Origin: an uncultured Bacillales bacterium
GTDB taxonomy: Bacteria; Bacillota_I; Bacilli_A; RF39; UBA660
Reading direction: 5' to 3'
Length of the DNA stretch: 64,000 nt
Assembly (NCBI GenBank): GCA_949948745.1
Contig: CATLHA010000005.1
Span: 12,740 to 76,739 of the forward strand
A program made the position numbers and the translations under genes. Each line of letters begins with the position of its first letter. Position 1 is the stretch's first letter. The notes beneath the pieces were generated by a model. That model saw nothing but the letters and a program-made list of their open reading frames with translations. It made no database searches and was not told the DNA's origin. Positions 1-10,585 of this stretch are shown one piece after another.

Positions 1-86
1 CGAGCTTTTAAATGGACATACATTTACTAGTACATTTTGGAAAGTTGATGATATAAATAAGGAAAAAATTAAAAGATAGGACTTAG

Positions 87-116
87 AGAACAAAGTATTG
101 TTCTTTCTTTTTTTTA
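87..116 (+). terminator. rho-independent terminator of an upstream gene
   Basis: stem agaacaa/ttgttct (87-93 / 98-104), 4-nt loop, followed by a long T-run 104-116. Confidence 0.5.
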
Positions 117-132
117 ATATTTATGATATTAT
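104..132 (+). promoter_or_regulatory. putative promoter of dus (extended -10 TGaTATTAT)
   Basis: TGaTATTAT at 124-132; the -35 is weak; the same tTATGATATtAT style recurs upstream of several genes in this window. Confidence 0.3.
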
Positions 133-149
133 CTATAGTGATTTGAGGG

Positions 150-1151
150 ATGTATATGTGGAAAATTGGAGATGTTGAAATTCAAAATAGAACAGTTCTA
201 GCGCCAATGGCTGGAATTGGAAATTCTAGCTTTCGTAAAATTATAAAAGAAATGGGTTGTGGACTCATTTATGCTGAAATGGTTAGTGATAAGGCACTAT
301 TTTATAACAGTAAAAAAACGATTGATATGCTTTATATGGAAGAAAGTGAACGTCCAATCACACAACAGATTTTTGGTAGCGACAAAGAATCCTTTGTTGT
401 TGCAGCCAAATATGTGTATGAACATATGCATCCAGACATTATTGATATTAATATGGGTTGTCCTGTTCCTAAAGTAGCAGTAAAATCTCAAGCAGGAGCA
501 GCACTTTTAAAAAATCCTGAAAAGATTAGGGAGATTGTCTCTAGTGTTGTAAAAGCGGTTCCTATTCCAGTTACAGTTAAAATTCGAAGTGGATGGGATC
601 ATGAACATATCAATGCTATCGAAGTGGCTAAAATTTGTGAAGAAGCTGGAGCTAAAGCTATTTGTGTTCATCCAAGAACTCGTAGTCAAGGATATTCTGG
701 TAAAGCTGACTGGTCAATTATAAAACAAGTAAAGGCAAGTGTATCTGTTCCAGTGATTGGTAATGGAGATATTACAAGTGCAGAAGATGCAAAGAGAATG
801 CTTGATGAAACTTCTTGTGATGCAGTTATGATTGGTCGTGGAGTCTTAGGTAGACCTTGGCTTATTCGTGAAATCAATCATTATTTAGAAACTGGTGAAA
901 AATTAGAAGAACCGACTGCTATAGAAAAAATAGATTTTTGCTTACGACATTTGGATAATCTTTATCAATTAAAAGATGAACATTTAGCAGTGTTAGAAAT
1001 ACGAAGTCACATTGCTTGGTATTTGAAAGGACTTTCAAAATCGAATGAAATTAAGAATAAAATATTCCTTCAAACACATATCTCTGATATAATTGATACA
1101 TTGAATGAATATAAAGAATTTCTAAAAAATGGAGGGGAAATGAATGTCTGA
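150..1151 (+). CDS. dusB: tRNA-dihydrouridine synthase (Dus family, DusB-like)
   Basis: 333 aa; N-terminal LAPMAGIGNSSFRKI and the FMN-binding pattern of Dus TIM-barrel enzymes; RBS gaggga upstream. Confidence 0.85.
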   Translation: MYMWKIGDVEIQNRTVLAPMAGIGNSSFRKIIKEMGCGLIYAEMVSDKALFYNSKKTIDMLYMEESERPITQQIFGSDKESFVVAAKYVYEHMHPDIIDINMGCPVPKVAVKSQAGAALLKNPEKIREIVSSVVKAVPIPVTVKIRSGWDHEHINAIEVAKICEEAGAKAICVHPRTRSQGYSGKADWSIIKQVKASVSVPVIGNGDITSAEDAKRMLDETSCDAVMIGRGVLGRPWLIREINHYLETGEKLEEPTAIEKIDFCLRHLDNLYQLKDEHLAVLEIRSHIAWYLKGLSKSNEIKNKIFLQTHISDIIDTLNEYKEFLKNGGEMNV

Positions 1152-1968
1152 AAAGAAAACTAGTAATAAAAAGAGTACTAAAAAATTAGAAGAAGTAGAA
1201 TCTGTAAAAATAAAAAAGACAAAATCAAAGATAGAAACGAAACATGATTTTGTTGAAGCTAGAGTAGAAAAAAGAGTATCAAGTAGAAAAAGTATAGGAG
1301 AAGAAAAACTAGAGGATGATAGTCATAAGAGAGATATAGAAGTAGAATTAGTGAAATTAGATTCAAAAGAAAGGTATCAACCAGCATTTTTCTTTCCAAG
1401 AGCTCTTGCATATATTATTGATTTTGTTATTGTTACAATTTTGTCTATGGGTGTTCTTATGATAGTTCCAGTAAATGAAAATCATGAAAAGTATATGAAA
1501 GAATATCAAAAAGTTCAAACAGATTATATAGAAAAAAAGATAGATACTTTAGAATATACGAATAAATTAAAGCCACTTATTTATGATCTTGATTATAGTA
1601 ATGTTCCTACAATGATTATACAAATTGTTATTTTAATCCTTTACTATATTGTATTTCAGTTTTATAATAAAGGACAAACTCTTGGAAAAAAATTAATGAA
1701 GATTCGAGTTATATCTTTAGATGATGAAGATGTTTCTATGAATCAACTTATTATTCGTTCCTTAATTAACCAAGCTATACTATCTAATATTTTGATAGTA
1801 GGATTTGTTTTATTTATTGGAAGAAATTTATATTATTATTCAAGTTTTGGTATTCAAGGTATTCAGGTTTTGATTACGATTATATCAATATTTATGATAA
1901 TGTATTCTAAGAAAAATAGAGGTCTTCATGACTATTTGGCTAAGACAAAAGTCATTATGACAGATTAA
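1144..1968 (+). CDS. RDD-family membrane protein with Lys-rich N-terminal extension
   Basis: 274 aa; the PRALAYIIDFVIV motif and multiple transmembrane segments resemble the RDD family; overlaps the dus stop by 8 nt (operon). Confidence 0.5.
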   Translation: MSEKKTSNKKSTKKLEEVESVKIKKTKSKIETKHDFVEARVEKRVSSRKSIGEEKLEDDSHKRDIEVELVKLDSKERYQPAFFFPRALAYIIDFVIVTILSMGVLMIVPVNENHEKYMKEYQKVQTDYIEKKIDTLEYTNKLKPLIYDLDYSNVPTMIIQIVILILYYIVFQFYNKGQTLGKKLMKIRVISLDDEDVSMNQLIIRSLINQAILSNILIVGFVLFIGRNLYYYSSFGIQGIQVLITIISIFMIMYSKKNRGLHDYLAKTKVIMTD

Positions 1969-1993
1969 ATTCAGAATTAACGGAGGTTTATAT

Positions 1994-3478
1994 ATGAGAG
2001 AATTTTCAGAACAAGAATTAGTTAGAAGAGAAAAGGTAGAAAAGATTCGCGAAGTTTGTAATCCATATCCAGAACGTTATGAGATTACACATTCTTTACG
2101 TGATGCTAGTATGCTAGAGGATGAAACAAAGGGTGTTTCCATTGCAGGACGTATTGTATTTATGCGTAAGATGGGAAAAATGAGTTTTTTAAAATTACGT
2201 GATATTGAGGGAGAACTTCAAGTATCTATTAAAGTAGATTTAGTTGGAGAAGATAAGTATGATTTCTTTAAAGGAAGTATTGATATTGGTGACTTTATTG
2301 GTGTAACTGGTGAAATTTTTACTACACATACTGGTGAAAAAACATTACGTGCTGACTCTTTTGAGTTTTTAGGAAAAGCTTTAAAGCCATTACCAGAAAA
2401 GTTTCATGGATTAACAGACTTAGAAGCATGTTACAGACAAAGATATGTTGATTTAATTATGAATCAAGATACTAGAAATCGTTTTATGATTCGTGTTAAG
2501 TTCATTCGTGAATTAAGACATTATTTAGATAATTTAGGTTACATGGAAATTGAAACACCTATTTTAAATAATAAGGCTAGTGGAGCTACAGCTCGTCCGT
2601 TTAAGTCTCATCATAATGCATTAGATTTGGATGTATTTTTAAGAATTGCGCCTGAAACTTATTTAAAAAGAGCAGTTGTTGGTGGTATTCCAAAAGTTTA
2701 TGAAGTAGCTCGTTGTTTTAGAAATGAAGGAATGGATGCTTCACACTTACAAGATTTTACTATGGTAGAAGGATATCAAGCTTATTATAATTATGAAGAT
2801 AATATGAAATTAATTCAAAATATGCTTCAAACGATTATTATGAATATTTTTGGTACTTTAAAAATTACTTTTGGAGATAAAGAAATCAATATGAGTGGTG
2901 ACTGGGGAAGAGTTACTTTCCGTGAATTATTAATTAAATATGCAAATATTGATATCGAGGTTTATAATACAAAAGAAAAATTACTTTCTAAAATTTTAGA
3001 AGAAAAAATAGAAGTAGAAAGTGAAACACCACTTGAAAATTTAGGATTTGGTAATTTAGTTGATGTTTTATATAAAAAAGTCGCTCGTCCACATATGCTT
3101 GGACCAGTATATTTAACTGAACATCCAACAAGCTTATCTCCACTTGCAAGAAGTAATGATAATCGACCTGAAGTTAGTGATAGATTCCAATTAGTTATTA
3201 ATGGAGCTGAGATTGTTAATGGATATTCAGAACTTGTTGATCCACAAGAACAAGAAAGACGTTTATTAGATCAAGCAAAGTTAAAAGCCGCTGGAGATGA
3301 AGAAGCAATGGACATGGATTATGACTATATTGGTGCCATGGAATATGGTATGCCTCCAATTTCTGGTTGGGGTATGGGAATTGACCGTATTGTTCAATTA
3401 TTAACGGGTAGTGAAAGCGTTCGTGATGTTGTTATGTTCCCATTAATGAGACCACTTGATACAAAAGAAAACGATTAA
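1994..3478 (+). CDS. lysS: lysyl-tRNA synthetase (class II)
   Basis: 494 aa; N-terminal anticodon-binding OB fold then class II core (FRNEGMD, GGIDRIVM-like motifs); typical LysS length. Confidence 0.95.
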   Translation: MREFSEQELVRREKVEKIREVCNPYPERYEITHSLRDASMLEDETKGVSIAGRIVFMRKMGKMSFLKLRDIEGELQVSIKVDLVGEDKYDFFKGSIDIGDFIGVTGEIFTTHTGEKTLRADSFEFLGKALKPLPEKFHGLTDLEACYRQRYVDLIMNQDTRNRFMIRVKFIRELRHYLDNLGYMEIETPILNNKASGATARPFKSHHNALDLDVFLRIAPETYLKRAVVGGIPKVYEVARCFRNEGMDASHLQDFTMVEGYQAYYNYEDNMKLIQNMLQTIIMNIFGTLKITFGDKEINMSGDWGRVTFRELLIKYANIDIEVYNTKEKLLSKILEEKIEVESETPLENLGFGNLVDVLYKKVARPHMLGPVYLTEHPTSLSPLARSNDNRPEVSDRFQLVINGAEIVNGYSELVDPQEQERRLLDQAKLKAAGDEEAMDMDYDYIGAMEYGMPPISGWGMGIDRIVQLLTGSESVRDVVMFPLMRPLDTKEND

Positions 3479-3489
3479 AATATAATAAA

Positions 3490-3527
3490 AAATTCTGGTA
3501 GTTATACTAGAATTTTTTTGTATGTTT
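3490..3527 (+). terminator. probable terminator after lysS
   Basis: imperfect hairpin ttctggtagt...actagaat followed by tttttttg. Confidence 0.4.
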
Positions 3528-3681
3528 AGGGATTTACTTAGTATTGGAAAAAGATAATTTATGGAAAAGTTAATTCTATTATCACAAAATCCTTTATTTA
3601 TAAAGAAATTTCATCAAACTTTCACTTAAAATTGTTGATTTTACTGTAAATGTTGATATAATTAATAATGGGAGGGTTAAT

Positions 3682-5313
3682 ATGAAAAAACACAATATTT
3701 TAAAGGTTGTACTCTTAACTATTTTAGTTGTGGTAATATGTACTTGGATTATACCTAGTGCACAATTTCAAGCAACTTTAACTGTGGGAGAAAGACTACA
3801 AGCTGGATTCTTTGATTTCTTCAGCTATCCAATGGTTGCATTACAATACTTTGGAAACGTTCTATTATATATACTAATTTGTGGTATGTTTTATGGTGTT
3901 GCTTACCGTATTCCAGCATATAAGGAATTAGTTCAAAAAATAGTAGATGGGTTCAAAGGAATGGAAGTTATTTTCCTTTCAGTTGTAATCATATTACTTT
4001 CAGTGTTAGTTTCAGTTACAGGTATCGTATTACCAATTATCTTTGTATTCCCATTTGTTATAGATGTTGTACTTAAGATGGGATATAACAGATTAACTGC
4101 TGCTACAGTTACTGTAGGTTCAGTTGTTGCTGGTATTGCAGGGACTACACTTGGAGTTGCTACTACTCAATATATGAATCAGGTTTTAGCTATTGGTTCA
4201 TTTGATGAGATGCTTTCTAAGATTGTAATTTTAGTAATCTTTATCATTCTTTTAATTGCACAAGTTGTGTTATATAGTAAGAAGACAAAAAATACTACTA
4301 TTCAAGCTGAAAAGGTAGAAGTAAAAACTGAAAAGGTTGAAGAAAAGAAAGTAGAAGTATCTAATAGGAAGGAAGAAAAAGTATCTGTTAAGAAAGATAC
4401 AAAAGTTTCTAAGAAGGAGTCATCTAGTCCTAAAAAGGGACAAAAGAAATCTTCAAGCAAAAATTCTAAACAGGAGACTAAGAAGTCTACTGGAAAAAGA
4501 GGTAGACCACCTAAGACTTCTGCTGCTATGGCAAAAGATAGTTCTGAAACATTAGTTATTTCAACTAAGAATAAGAAAAAAGCTAATATTTGGCCACTTG
4601 CAATTATTTTTGATTTAGTAATCATTATTATAGCACTTGGTATGTTTGACTGGGCTGGTTTATTTGAAATCACTTGGTTTGAAGAAGCAACAAAAGCGGT
4701 AAAAGAATACAAGGTACTTGGATTCCCAATTTTTGGTACTATTTTAGGGCAATTAAGTGCATTTGGAAAATGGAATGTAGCTATTGAAGTTCCAGTAGTT
4801 GTTATGATTGCTACTTGTGTTCTTGCATTAGTATATCGTGTAAAATTTGAGGATTTTATTGATGGAATTTGTGAAGGTGTTAGAAGATCATTTGGACCAG
4901 GAGTTGTAATGCTATTAACATATGTCGTATTAGTAGTTGTTACTTATCATCCATTCCAATTATTCATTACCAAATTCTTGTTAAATATTACTTCAGGATT
5001 CAATGTTGTAACAATGATGGTTGCTGCATTACTTGCATCAGTATTTAATGTAGATTTAATCTATGTTTCTCAAAATGTATTACCTTATATTGAAACTGTT
5101 ATTACTAATACTGAATTATATCCATTAATCGGGGTTATTTTCCAATCAATTTATGGATTAGTATGTTTAGTAGCACCAACAAGTTTTATTTTAATGGGTA
5201 CATTATGTTATTTAAATGTTTCTTACAAACAATGGTTAAAGCATATTTGGAAATTATTCCTAGCATTACTTGCTGTTTTAGCAGTAGTATTCTTAATCAT
5301 TTTAGCTTTATAG
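3682..5313 (+). CDS. polytopic membrane protein (YfcC/AbgT-like transporter family?) with a ~110-aa Lys-rich cytoplasmic insert
   Basis: 543 aa, at least 10 predicted transmembrane segments; N-terminal CTWIIPSAQF resembles YfcC-family starts; the insert KVEVKTEKVEEKK...GKRGRPPK carries an AT-hook-like RGRP core. Confidence 0.45.
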   Translation: MKKHNILKVVLLTILVVVICTWIIPSAQFQATLTVGERLQAGFFDFFSYPMVALQYFGNVLLYILICGMFYGVAYRIPAYKELVQKIVDGFKGMEVIFLSVVIILLSVLVSVTGIVLPIIFVFPFVIDVVLKMGYNRLTAATVTVGSVVAGIAGTTLGVATTQYMNQVLAIGSFDEMLSKIVILVIFIILLIAQVVLYSKKTKNTTIQAEKVEVKTEKVEEKKVEVSNRKEEKVSVKKDTKVSKKESSSPKKGQKKSSSKNSKQETKKSTGKRGRPPKTSAAMAKDSSETLVISTKNKKKANIWPLAIIFDLVIIIIALGMFDWAGLFEITWFEEATKAVKEYKVLGFPIFGTILGQLSAFGKWNVAIEVPVVVMIATCVLALVYRVKFEDFIDGICEGVRRSFGPGVVMLLTYVVLVVVTYHPFQLFITKFLLNITSGFNVVTMMVAALLASVFNVDLIYVSQNVLPYIETVITNTELYPLIGVIFQSIYGLVCLVAPTSFILMGTLCYLNVSYKQWLKHIWKLFLALLAVLAVVFLIILAL

Positions 5314-5435
5314 GAAATTAATTATTTAAGAGGACTATTCTTATGAGTAGTCTTTTTTCTGTTTTTTCTTTTTTAATCGTTTAAAAAAATTCTAAATATA
5401 GCATAATAATCATAGAATGGAATAGGAGGATTATT

Positions 5436-7736
5436 ATGTTTTCTAAATTTAGTGAAGAAGCCCAGAAAATTTTACTTGGTGCAAAAAGGGAGATGCAAAA
5501 ATTAAAGCATCCTTATGTGAGTAGTGAACATTTGGTTTTATCTATTTTAAGAAATAATAATGATTTAGCAAATCGATTAAAGGAATTTCAAATTACATAT
5601 GATTCATTTTATCAACAAATTGTAGAACAAATAGGAATAGGAAAAGAGGAGAATCATTGGTTTTTATTTACACCTCTTTTAAAGAGAGTAATAGAAACCT
5701 CTATCTTACTTTCGAGGGACATGAATAGTAATGAAGTAACTAGTGATCAATTATTTTTAGCTGTTTTAGAAGAAGGTGAGGGAGTAGCAATTCGAATTCT
5801 AAAACAAATGGATGTTGATATCAATGATTTACAAGAGTATTTTTCTAATAGAATCGTAGTGAAAAAGAAAAAGGGAGGAAAAAAATTGCTTGTAGAAGAA
5901 TTTGGAATTGATTTAACTAAAGAAGCTTCTCTTAATAAATTAGATCCTGTTGTTGGTAGAGAACAAGAAATAGTTCGATTAATGGAAATATTATGTAGAA
6001 GAAACAAAAATAACCCATTGTTAATTGGAGATGCTGGAGTAGGAAAAACAGCTTTGGTTGAAGAACTTGCTAGATTGATTGTTCAAAATAAAGTTCCAGA
6101 TAAACTTAAAAATAAAAGAATTATTTCTGTATCTATTGCATCCTTAGTTTCAGGAACGAAATATCGTGGGGAATTTGAAGAACGTGTTACCAAGATGATT
6201 AAAGAGATTGAATCCAATAATGATGTTTTACTTTTTATTGATGAAATACATACTTTGATGGGTGCTGGCGGAGCAGAGGGTGCGATAGATGCTGCTAATA
6301 TATTTAAACCTGCTCTAGCACGTGGAAAAATTCGTTTAATAGGGGCAACTACTACGGACGAATATAAGCAAACGATAGAAAAAGATCGTGCGATGGACAG
6401 AAGATTTCAAACAGTTTTTGTATATGAACCGAATTCTTCAGAAGTTTATAATATTTTAGAAAAACTTCGACCAATTTACGAATCATTTCACAATGTCAAA
6501 ATTAATGATTCTGAATTAAAGCTTATTATTAAATTATCTGATAAATATATTTATGATAGAAAACAACCAGATAAGGCGATTGATATTTTAGATGAAGTTT
6601 GTTCTAAGGTTTCTTTAATTCGTCATAAGAGTTCTACTAAACTTGATTTATATCAATCACAATTAAACTTGGTAAAAGAGGAAAAAAATAAATACATTAT
6701 GAAGCAAGATTTTGAAAATGCAACAAAGCTTAAATATCAAGAAAAGGATTTATTAACTAAAATTAATGAGATTGAATTAAAACATAAGGCTAAGAAAAAC
6801 GTTCATGTTATTCATGAAAATGATATTGCGAATGTTATTTCTGAGAAAACTAAGATACCAGTTTATGAAATCAATAGTAGTTGTTCAAAATATATGGAAA
6901 AATTAGAAAAAGGACTTCATAAAAAAATTATAGGTCAAGAAGAAGCAATTAATGAGCTTGTGAAAGCAACAAAAAGAATTAAATTAGGATATAAGGATAG
7001 TGATAAACCATATTCTTATTTATTTGTAGGTCCAACTGGTGTAGGAAAAACAAAACTTGCTTTAGAATATGCACATTTTCTATTTGGGGAAGGCAAACTA
7101 ATTCGATTTGATATGAGTGAGTATAGAGATAGTTCTTCTATTAATAAAATTATTGGATCTTCTCCTGGATATGTTGGATATGATGATGGTAAAAATAAAC
7201 TAGAAGAAATTAGAAAAAGTCCACATTCTATTATTTTACTTGATGAAATAGAAAAGGCACATCCGTCTGTTTTAAATTTATTTTTGCAAATATTAGATGA
7301 GGGTAAAATTACTGATTCTAAGGGAAATATGGTTCATTTTAATCATCATATCATTATCATGACTTCTAATTTAGGCTTTCATAATGAGTCTGTTGGCTTT
7401 ATCGAAGAAGTTAGTAAGAATGATAGTAAGTTAAAAGAATTTTTATCATTAGAGTTATTAAATCGTATACAAAAAACTATTTATTTTAGAAAACTAGATG
7501 AAAATAATATTCGATCAATTATTAAAATTAAATTAGATTATGTCAAAAAGAAATTTAGAGAGAGAAATATTAAGGTTCATATTAGTGAAGGTATTATTGA
7601 TAAAATGATTCAAAATACAAGATATTTGGAATTTGGCGCTAGGAAAATTGATCAGGTTATCGAAGATGAAATTGATGACTATGTAATTGATCATATATTA
7701 AGTGGAAAAACGGAAATTTATGTAAACAATAATTAA
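5436..7736 (+). CDS. clpC: Clp ATPase, ClpC-like (two AAA+ modules)
   Basis: 766 aa; Clp_N repeats at the N-terminus; Walker A GDAGVGKTA and second GPTGVGKT; the ClpB-type middle domain is short. Confidence 0.85.
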   Translation: MFSKFSEEAQKILLGAKREMQKLKHPYVSSEHLVLSILRNNNDLANRLKEFQITYDSFYQQIVEQIGIGKEENHWFLFTPLLKRVIETSILLSRDMNSNEVTSDQLFLAVLEEGEGVAIRILKQMDVDINDLQEYFSNRIVVKKKKGGKKLLVEEFGIDLTKEASLNKLDPVVGREQEIVRLMEILCRRNKNNPLLIGDAGVGKTALVEELARLIVQNKVPDKLKNKRIISVSIASLVSGTKYRGEFEERVTKMIKEIESNNDVLLFIDEIHTLMGAGGAEGAIDAANIFKPALARGKIRLIGATTTDEYKQTIEKDRAMDRRFQTVFVYEPNSSEVYNILEKLRPIYESFHNVKINDSELKLIIKLSDKYIYDRKQPDKAIDILDEVCSKVSLIRHKSSTKLDLYQSQLNLVKEEKNKYIMKQDFENATKLKYQEKDLLTKINEIELKHKAKKNVHVIHENDIANVISEKTKIPVYEINSSCSKYMEKLEKGLHKKIIGQEEAINELVKATKRIKLGYKDSDKPYSYLFVGPTGVGKTKLALEYAHFLFGEGKLIRFDMSEYRDSSSINKIIGSSPGYVGYDDGKNKLEEIRKSPHSIILLDEIEKAHPSVLNLFLQILDEGKITDSKGNMVHFNHHIIIMTSNLGFHNESVGFIEEVSKNDSKLKEFLSLELLNRIQKTIYFRKLDENNIRSIIKIKLDYVKKKFRERNIKVHISEGIIDKMIQNTRYLEFGARKIDQVIEDEIDDYVIDHILSGKTEIYVNNN

Positions 7737-7836
7737 TTAGGGACTTAGGTCTCTTTTTTCTTTGTTTTCAAGTGATAATAGATATGGTATAATAATATTG
7801 ATTTGAGATAATAGAATATAATGAAAAGGTGATTTT

Positions 7837-9234
7837 ATGAAATTATATAATACATTGACAAAACAGGTAGAAGAATTTGTTCCTCATGAAGAGGGAGTAG
7901 TTCGTATGTATACTTGTGGACCTACCGTATATCATTTTGCTCATATTGGAAATCTTCGTACTTATATTTTTGAAGATATTTTAGAAAAAAGTCTTCGTTA
8001 TTTAGGATATGATGTAAAAAGAGTAATGAATATCACAGATGTTGGTCATTTAACTAGTGATGGAGATACTGGTGAAGATAAGATGGAAAAGGGTGCTCTT
8101 AGAGAAGGTAAAACAGTTTATGAAATAGCACAGTTTTATACAGATGCATTCTTTAATGATTGTGAAGCTTTAAATATCAAGAAACCTAGTATTATTGAAC
8201 CTGCTAGTCATCATATTGATACTTATATTAAAATGATTACTAAAATGCTAGAAGATGGATATGCTTATATTTCTTCTGGAAATGTTTATTTTGATGTTAC
8301 AAAGGCAAAGGACTATTATCAATTATCTGGTAGAAACAAAGATGATTTGATGGTTGGTGTAAGGGATACTGTAGAAGAAGATAAAGCCAAGAAAAATCCT
8401 GCAGACTTTGTACTTTGGTTTACTGATAGTAAGTTTAAAAATCAAGATATGAGATGGGATTCTCCTTGGGGAATCGGATATCCAGGTTGGCATATTGAAT
8501 GTAGTGGAATTAGTGGTAAGTATTTGGGAGAGTATTTAGATATCCATTGTGGTGGTGTAGATAATGTTTTTCCACATCATACTAATGAAATAGCACAGAG
8601 TGAGGCTTATTTTGGTCATAAATGGTGTAATTACTGGGTACATGGAGAACATTTAAATGATAAAACTGGGAAGATGAGTAAATCTAAGGGTGAGTTTTTA
8701 ACTGTTTCTCTATTAAAGGAAAAGGGGTATGATCCACTAGTATATCGTTACTTTTGCTTAGGAAGTCATTATCGCAAAGTATTAACTTTCTCTTATGAAG
8801 CATTAGATCAAGTAAATCAAGCTTATCAAAAACTTAGAAAGAAAATTCAAAAACTTGATCGTACGCCTAACTTAAAAGAGGGGAAAATCGATTTTTACCA
8901 AAATGCATTTAAAGAAGCCATTTCTAATGATTTAAATACATCTAGTATGTTAACTTTAGTTTATGATGTATTAAAGGATGAAGAACTTACTGATTTTACA
9001 AAACTTTATTTAATTGAAGATTTTGATAAGGTTTTATCTTTGAATTTAATTATTGAAGAAGAGGAAGAAACCAATGAAGAATTAGAAAGCTATATTTTAA
9101 AACGAATTGAGGATAGAAAAAATGCAAAGCAAAATAAAAATTTTGAGGAAGCGGATTCAATTCGTAATGAATTATTAGAAAAAGGAATTCGTTTAATTGA
9201 TAGTAGAGAAGGTACTACTTACGAAATCTTATAA
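7837..9234 (+). CDS. cysS: cysteinyl-tRNA synthetase
   Basis: 465 aa; HIGN (HIGH-type) motif in [17 protein letters not shown] and KMSKS present. Confidence 0.95.
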   Translation: MKLYNTLTKQVEEFVPHEEGVVRMYTCGPTVYHFAHIGNLRTYIFEDILEKSLRYLGYDVKRVMNITDVGHLTSDGDTGEDKMEKGALREGKTVYEIAQFYTDAFFNDCEALNIKKPSIIEPASHHIDTYIKMITKMLEDGYAYISSGNVYFDVTKAKDYYQLSGRNKDDLMVGVRDTVEEDKAKKNPADFVLWFTDSKFKNQDMRWDSPWGIGYPGWHIECSGISGKYLGEYLDIHCGGVDNVFPHHTNEIAQSEAYFGHKWCNYWVHGEHLNDKTGKMSKSKGEFLTVSLLKEKGYDPLVYRYFCLGSHYRKVLTFSYEALDQVNQAYQKLRKKIQKLDRTPNLKEGKIDFYQNAFKEAISNDLNTSSMLTLVYDVLKDEELTDFTKLYLIEDFDKVLSLNLIIEEEEETNEELESYILKRIEDRKNAKQNKNFEEADSIRNELLEKGIRLIDSREGTTYEIL

Positions 9235-9246
9235 TGGAGGAATATT

Positions 9247-9945
9247 ATGGGTTATTATGGTTATGATATCATTGGATATGGATTAATTCTACTTGGTACT
9301 ATTATTACATTAGTTGCGCAATACTTTGTTAATAGTAAATACAATAAATATAGCAAAGTAAAGAATGAAAAAGGCTTATCAGGACAAGAAGTTGCACGTA
9401 TGATTCTTGATAAAAACGGATTGGAAGATGTCTATGTTACTGAAGTAAAAGGTACACTTACTGATCATTATGATCCAACTAGAAAAGTGGTTCGTCTTTC
9501 TACTGAAATATTTCATGGAGAAACTGTTGCTGCTTGTAGTGTAGCTTCTCATGAAGTGGGTCATGCAGTGCAAGATAAGGAAGGATATTTCTTTATTAAG
9601 GTACGTGGTGCTATTTTTCCATTTGTTAGTTTTGCATCTAAATTTGGTTATATTGCAATCATGATTGGACTTATATTTAATATGATAGATTTGGCTTGGG
9701 GTGGAATCGGACTATTACTTGTTATATTAATTTTCCAACTAATTACACTTCCAGTTGAATTTGATGCTTCTAGAAGAGCTCTCATTTATTTAGATGAAAT
9801 GAAAATTTTAAAGAAGAAGGAACATGAAGGAAGCGAAGAAATGTTGAAGGCTGCTGCTATGACTTATGTTGCTGGGCTAGCTACGACATTATTAGAAATT
9901 TTGAGATTTGCACTTATTTTAATAGGAAGAAATCGTGATGAATAA
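9247..9945 (+). CDS. YugP-like membrane zinc metallopeptidase (Zn_peptidase_2 family)
   Basis: 232 aa; HEVGHAVQ zincin motif between transmembrane segments; family architecture recalled from B. subtilis YugP. Confidence 0.7.
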   Translation: MGYYGYDIIGYGLILLGTIITLVAQYFVNSKYNKYSKVKNEKGLSGQEVARMILDKNGLEDVYVTEVKGTLTDHYDPTRKVVRLSTEIFHGETVAACSVASHEVGHAVQDKEGYFFIKVRGAIFPFVSFASKFGYIAIMIGLIFNMIDLAWGGIGLLLVILIFQLITLPVEFDASRRALIYLDEMKILKKKEHEGSEEMLKAAAMTYVAGLATTLLEILRFALILIGRNRDE

Positions 9946-9953
9946 TTTTATAG

Positions 9954-9990
9954 AAAAGTAGAAATATATGACTATATTTTTACTTTTTTA
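9954..9990 (+). terminator. rho-independent terminator
   Basis: 15-bp arms aaaagtagaaatata / tatatttttactttt (1 mismatch), loop tgac, then a T-run. Confidence 0.55.
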
Positions 9991-10111
9991 TTTGAAAATA
10001 TTTCTTGAAGAGATAATGTAAAGAAGGAATTTTAAGACTCTTTTTTATTGTCTATTGTTTTTTTTATATGATATACTTTTAATATAGAATAATAGTTTTT
10101 AATGTAATGGA

Positions 10112-10519
10112 GTGTTTGTTATGTTGTTTTTAATTTTTTTGATAGTTGTCATTATTTGCGTTATAAGAATAAGAAATTACTCTAGTAAAAAAATTGACAA
10201 TGATAGTAAAGTAAAAGCAAATCTTAAACTACCATTTGGGAATGTGACTATTTCTAATAAAGAAGATGATGTTTCCAGCGATAAGTTGCCTGACTTTACT
10301 CATGATGAACGTGAGAAGATGATAAAAGGTGATGTTAAGATAATAACTAATGTTAATAAAAAGGTAACAAAATATGTAAATGGTGAGAAAGTATCTGTAG
10401 AAGAGACTAATTCTATAGATAATGTTTCCAAAAAATCAATTAATAAATGTCCTAATTGTGGAGCTAGTATTGATTTAAGTCAAGAAGAATGTTCTTATTG
10501 TGGTACTAAGATTAATTGA
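10112..10519 (+). CDS. hypothetical N-terminally membrane-anchored protein with C-terminal zinc ribbon
   Basis: 135 aa; N-terminal transmembrane helix; C-terminal CPNCGAS...CSYCG four-Cys ribbon. Confidence 0.5.
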   Translation: MFVMLFLIFLIVVIICVIRIRNYSSKKIDNDSKVKANLKLPFGNVTISNKEDDVSSDKLPDFTHDEREKMIKGDVKIITNVNKKVTKYVNGEKVSVEETNSIDNVSKKSINKCPNCGASIDLSQEECSYCGTKIN

Positions 10520-10585
10520 TAATAAAAACTTATTAAAATCGATACATATGAGGTATTATTCTATAATAGAAGTGAGGGTAGAAAT

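Noticed and set aside
259-877. Four short ORFs (259-477 +, 297-491 -, 507-689 -, 686-877 -) overlapping dus
   Set aside because: Entirely inside and out of frame or antisense to a confidently identified gene. Low-complexity translations typical of AT-rich DNA.
1969-1993. Looked for T-box leaders upstream of lysS and cysS
   Set aside because: Intergenic spaces are only 25 and 100 nt, far too short for a T-box riboswitch. No specifier/T-box sequence (AGGGUGGNACCGCG-like) seen.
4302-4712. 136-aa minus-strand ORF
   Set aside because: Antisense to the Lys-rich insert of the transporter. Ser/Phe-rich mirror translation of a purine-rich tract.
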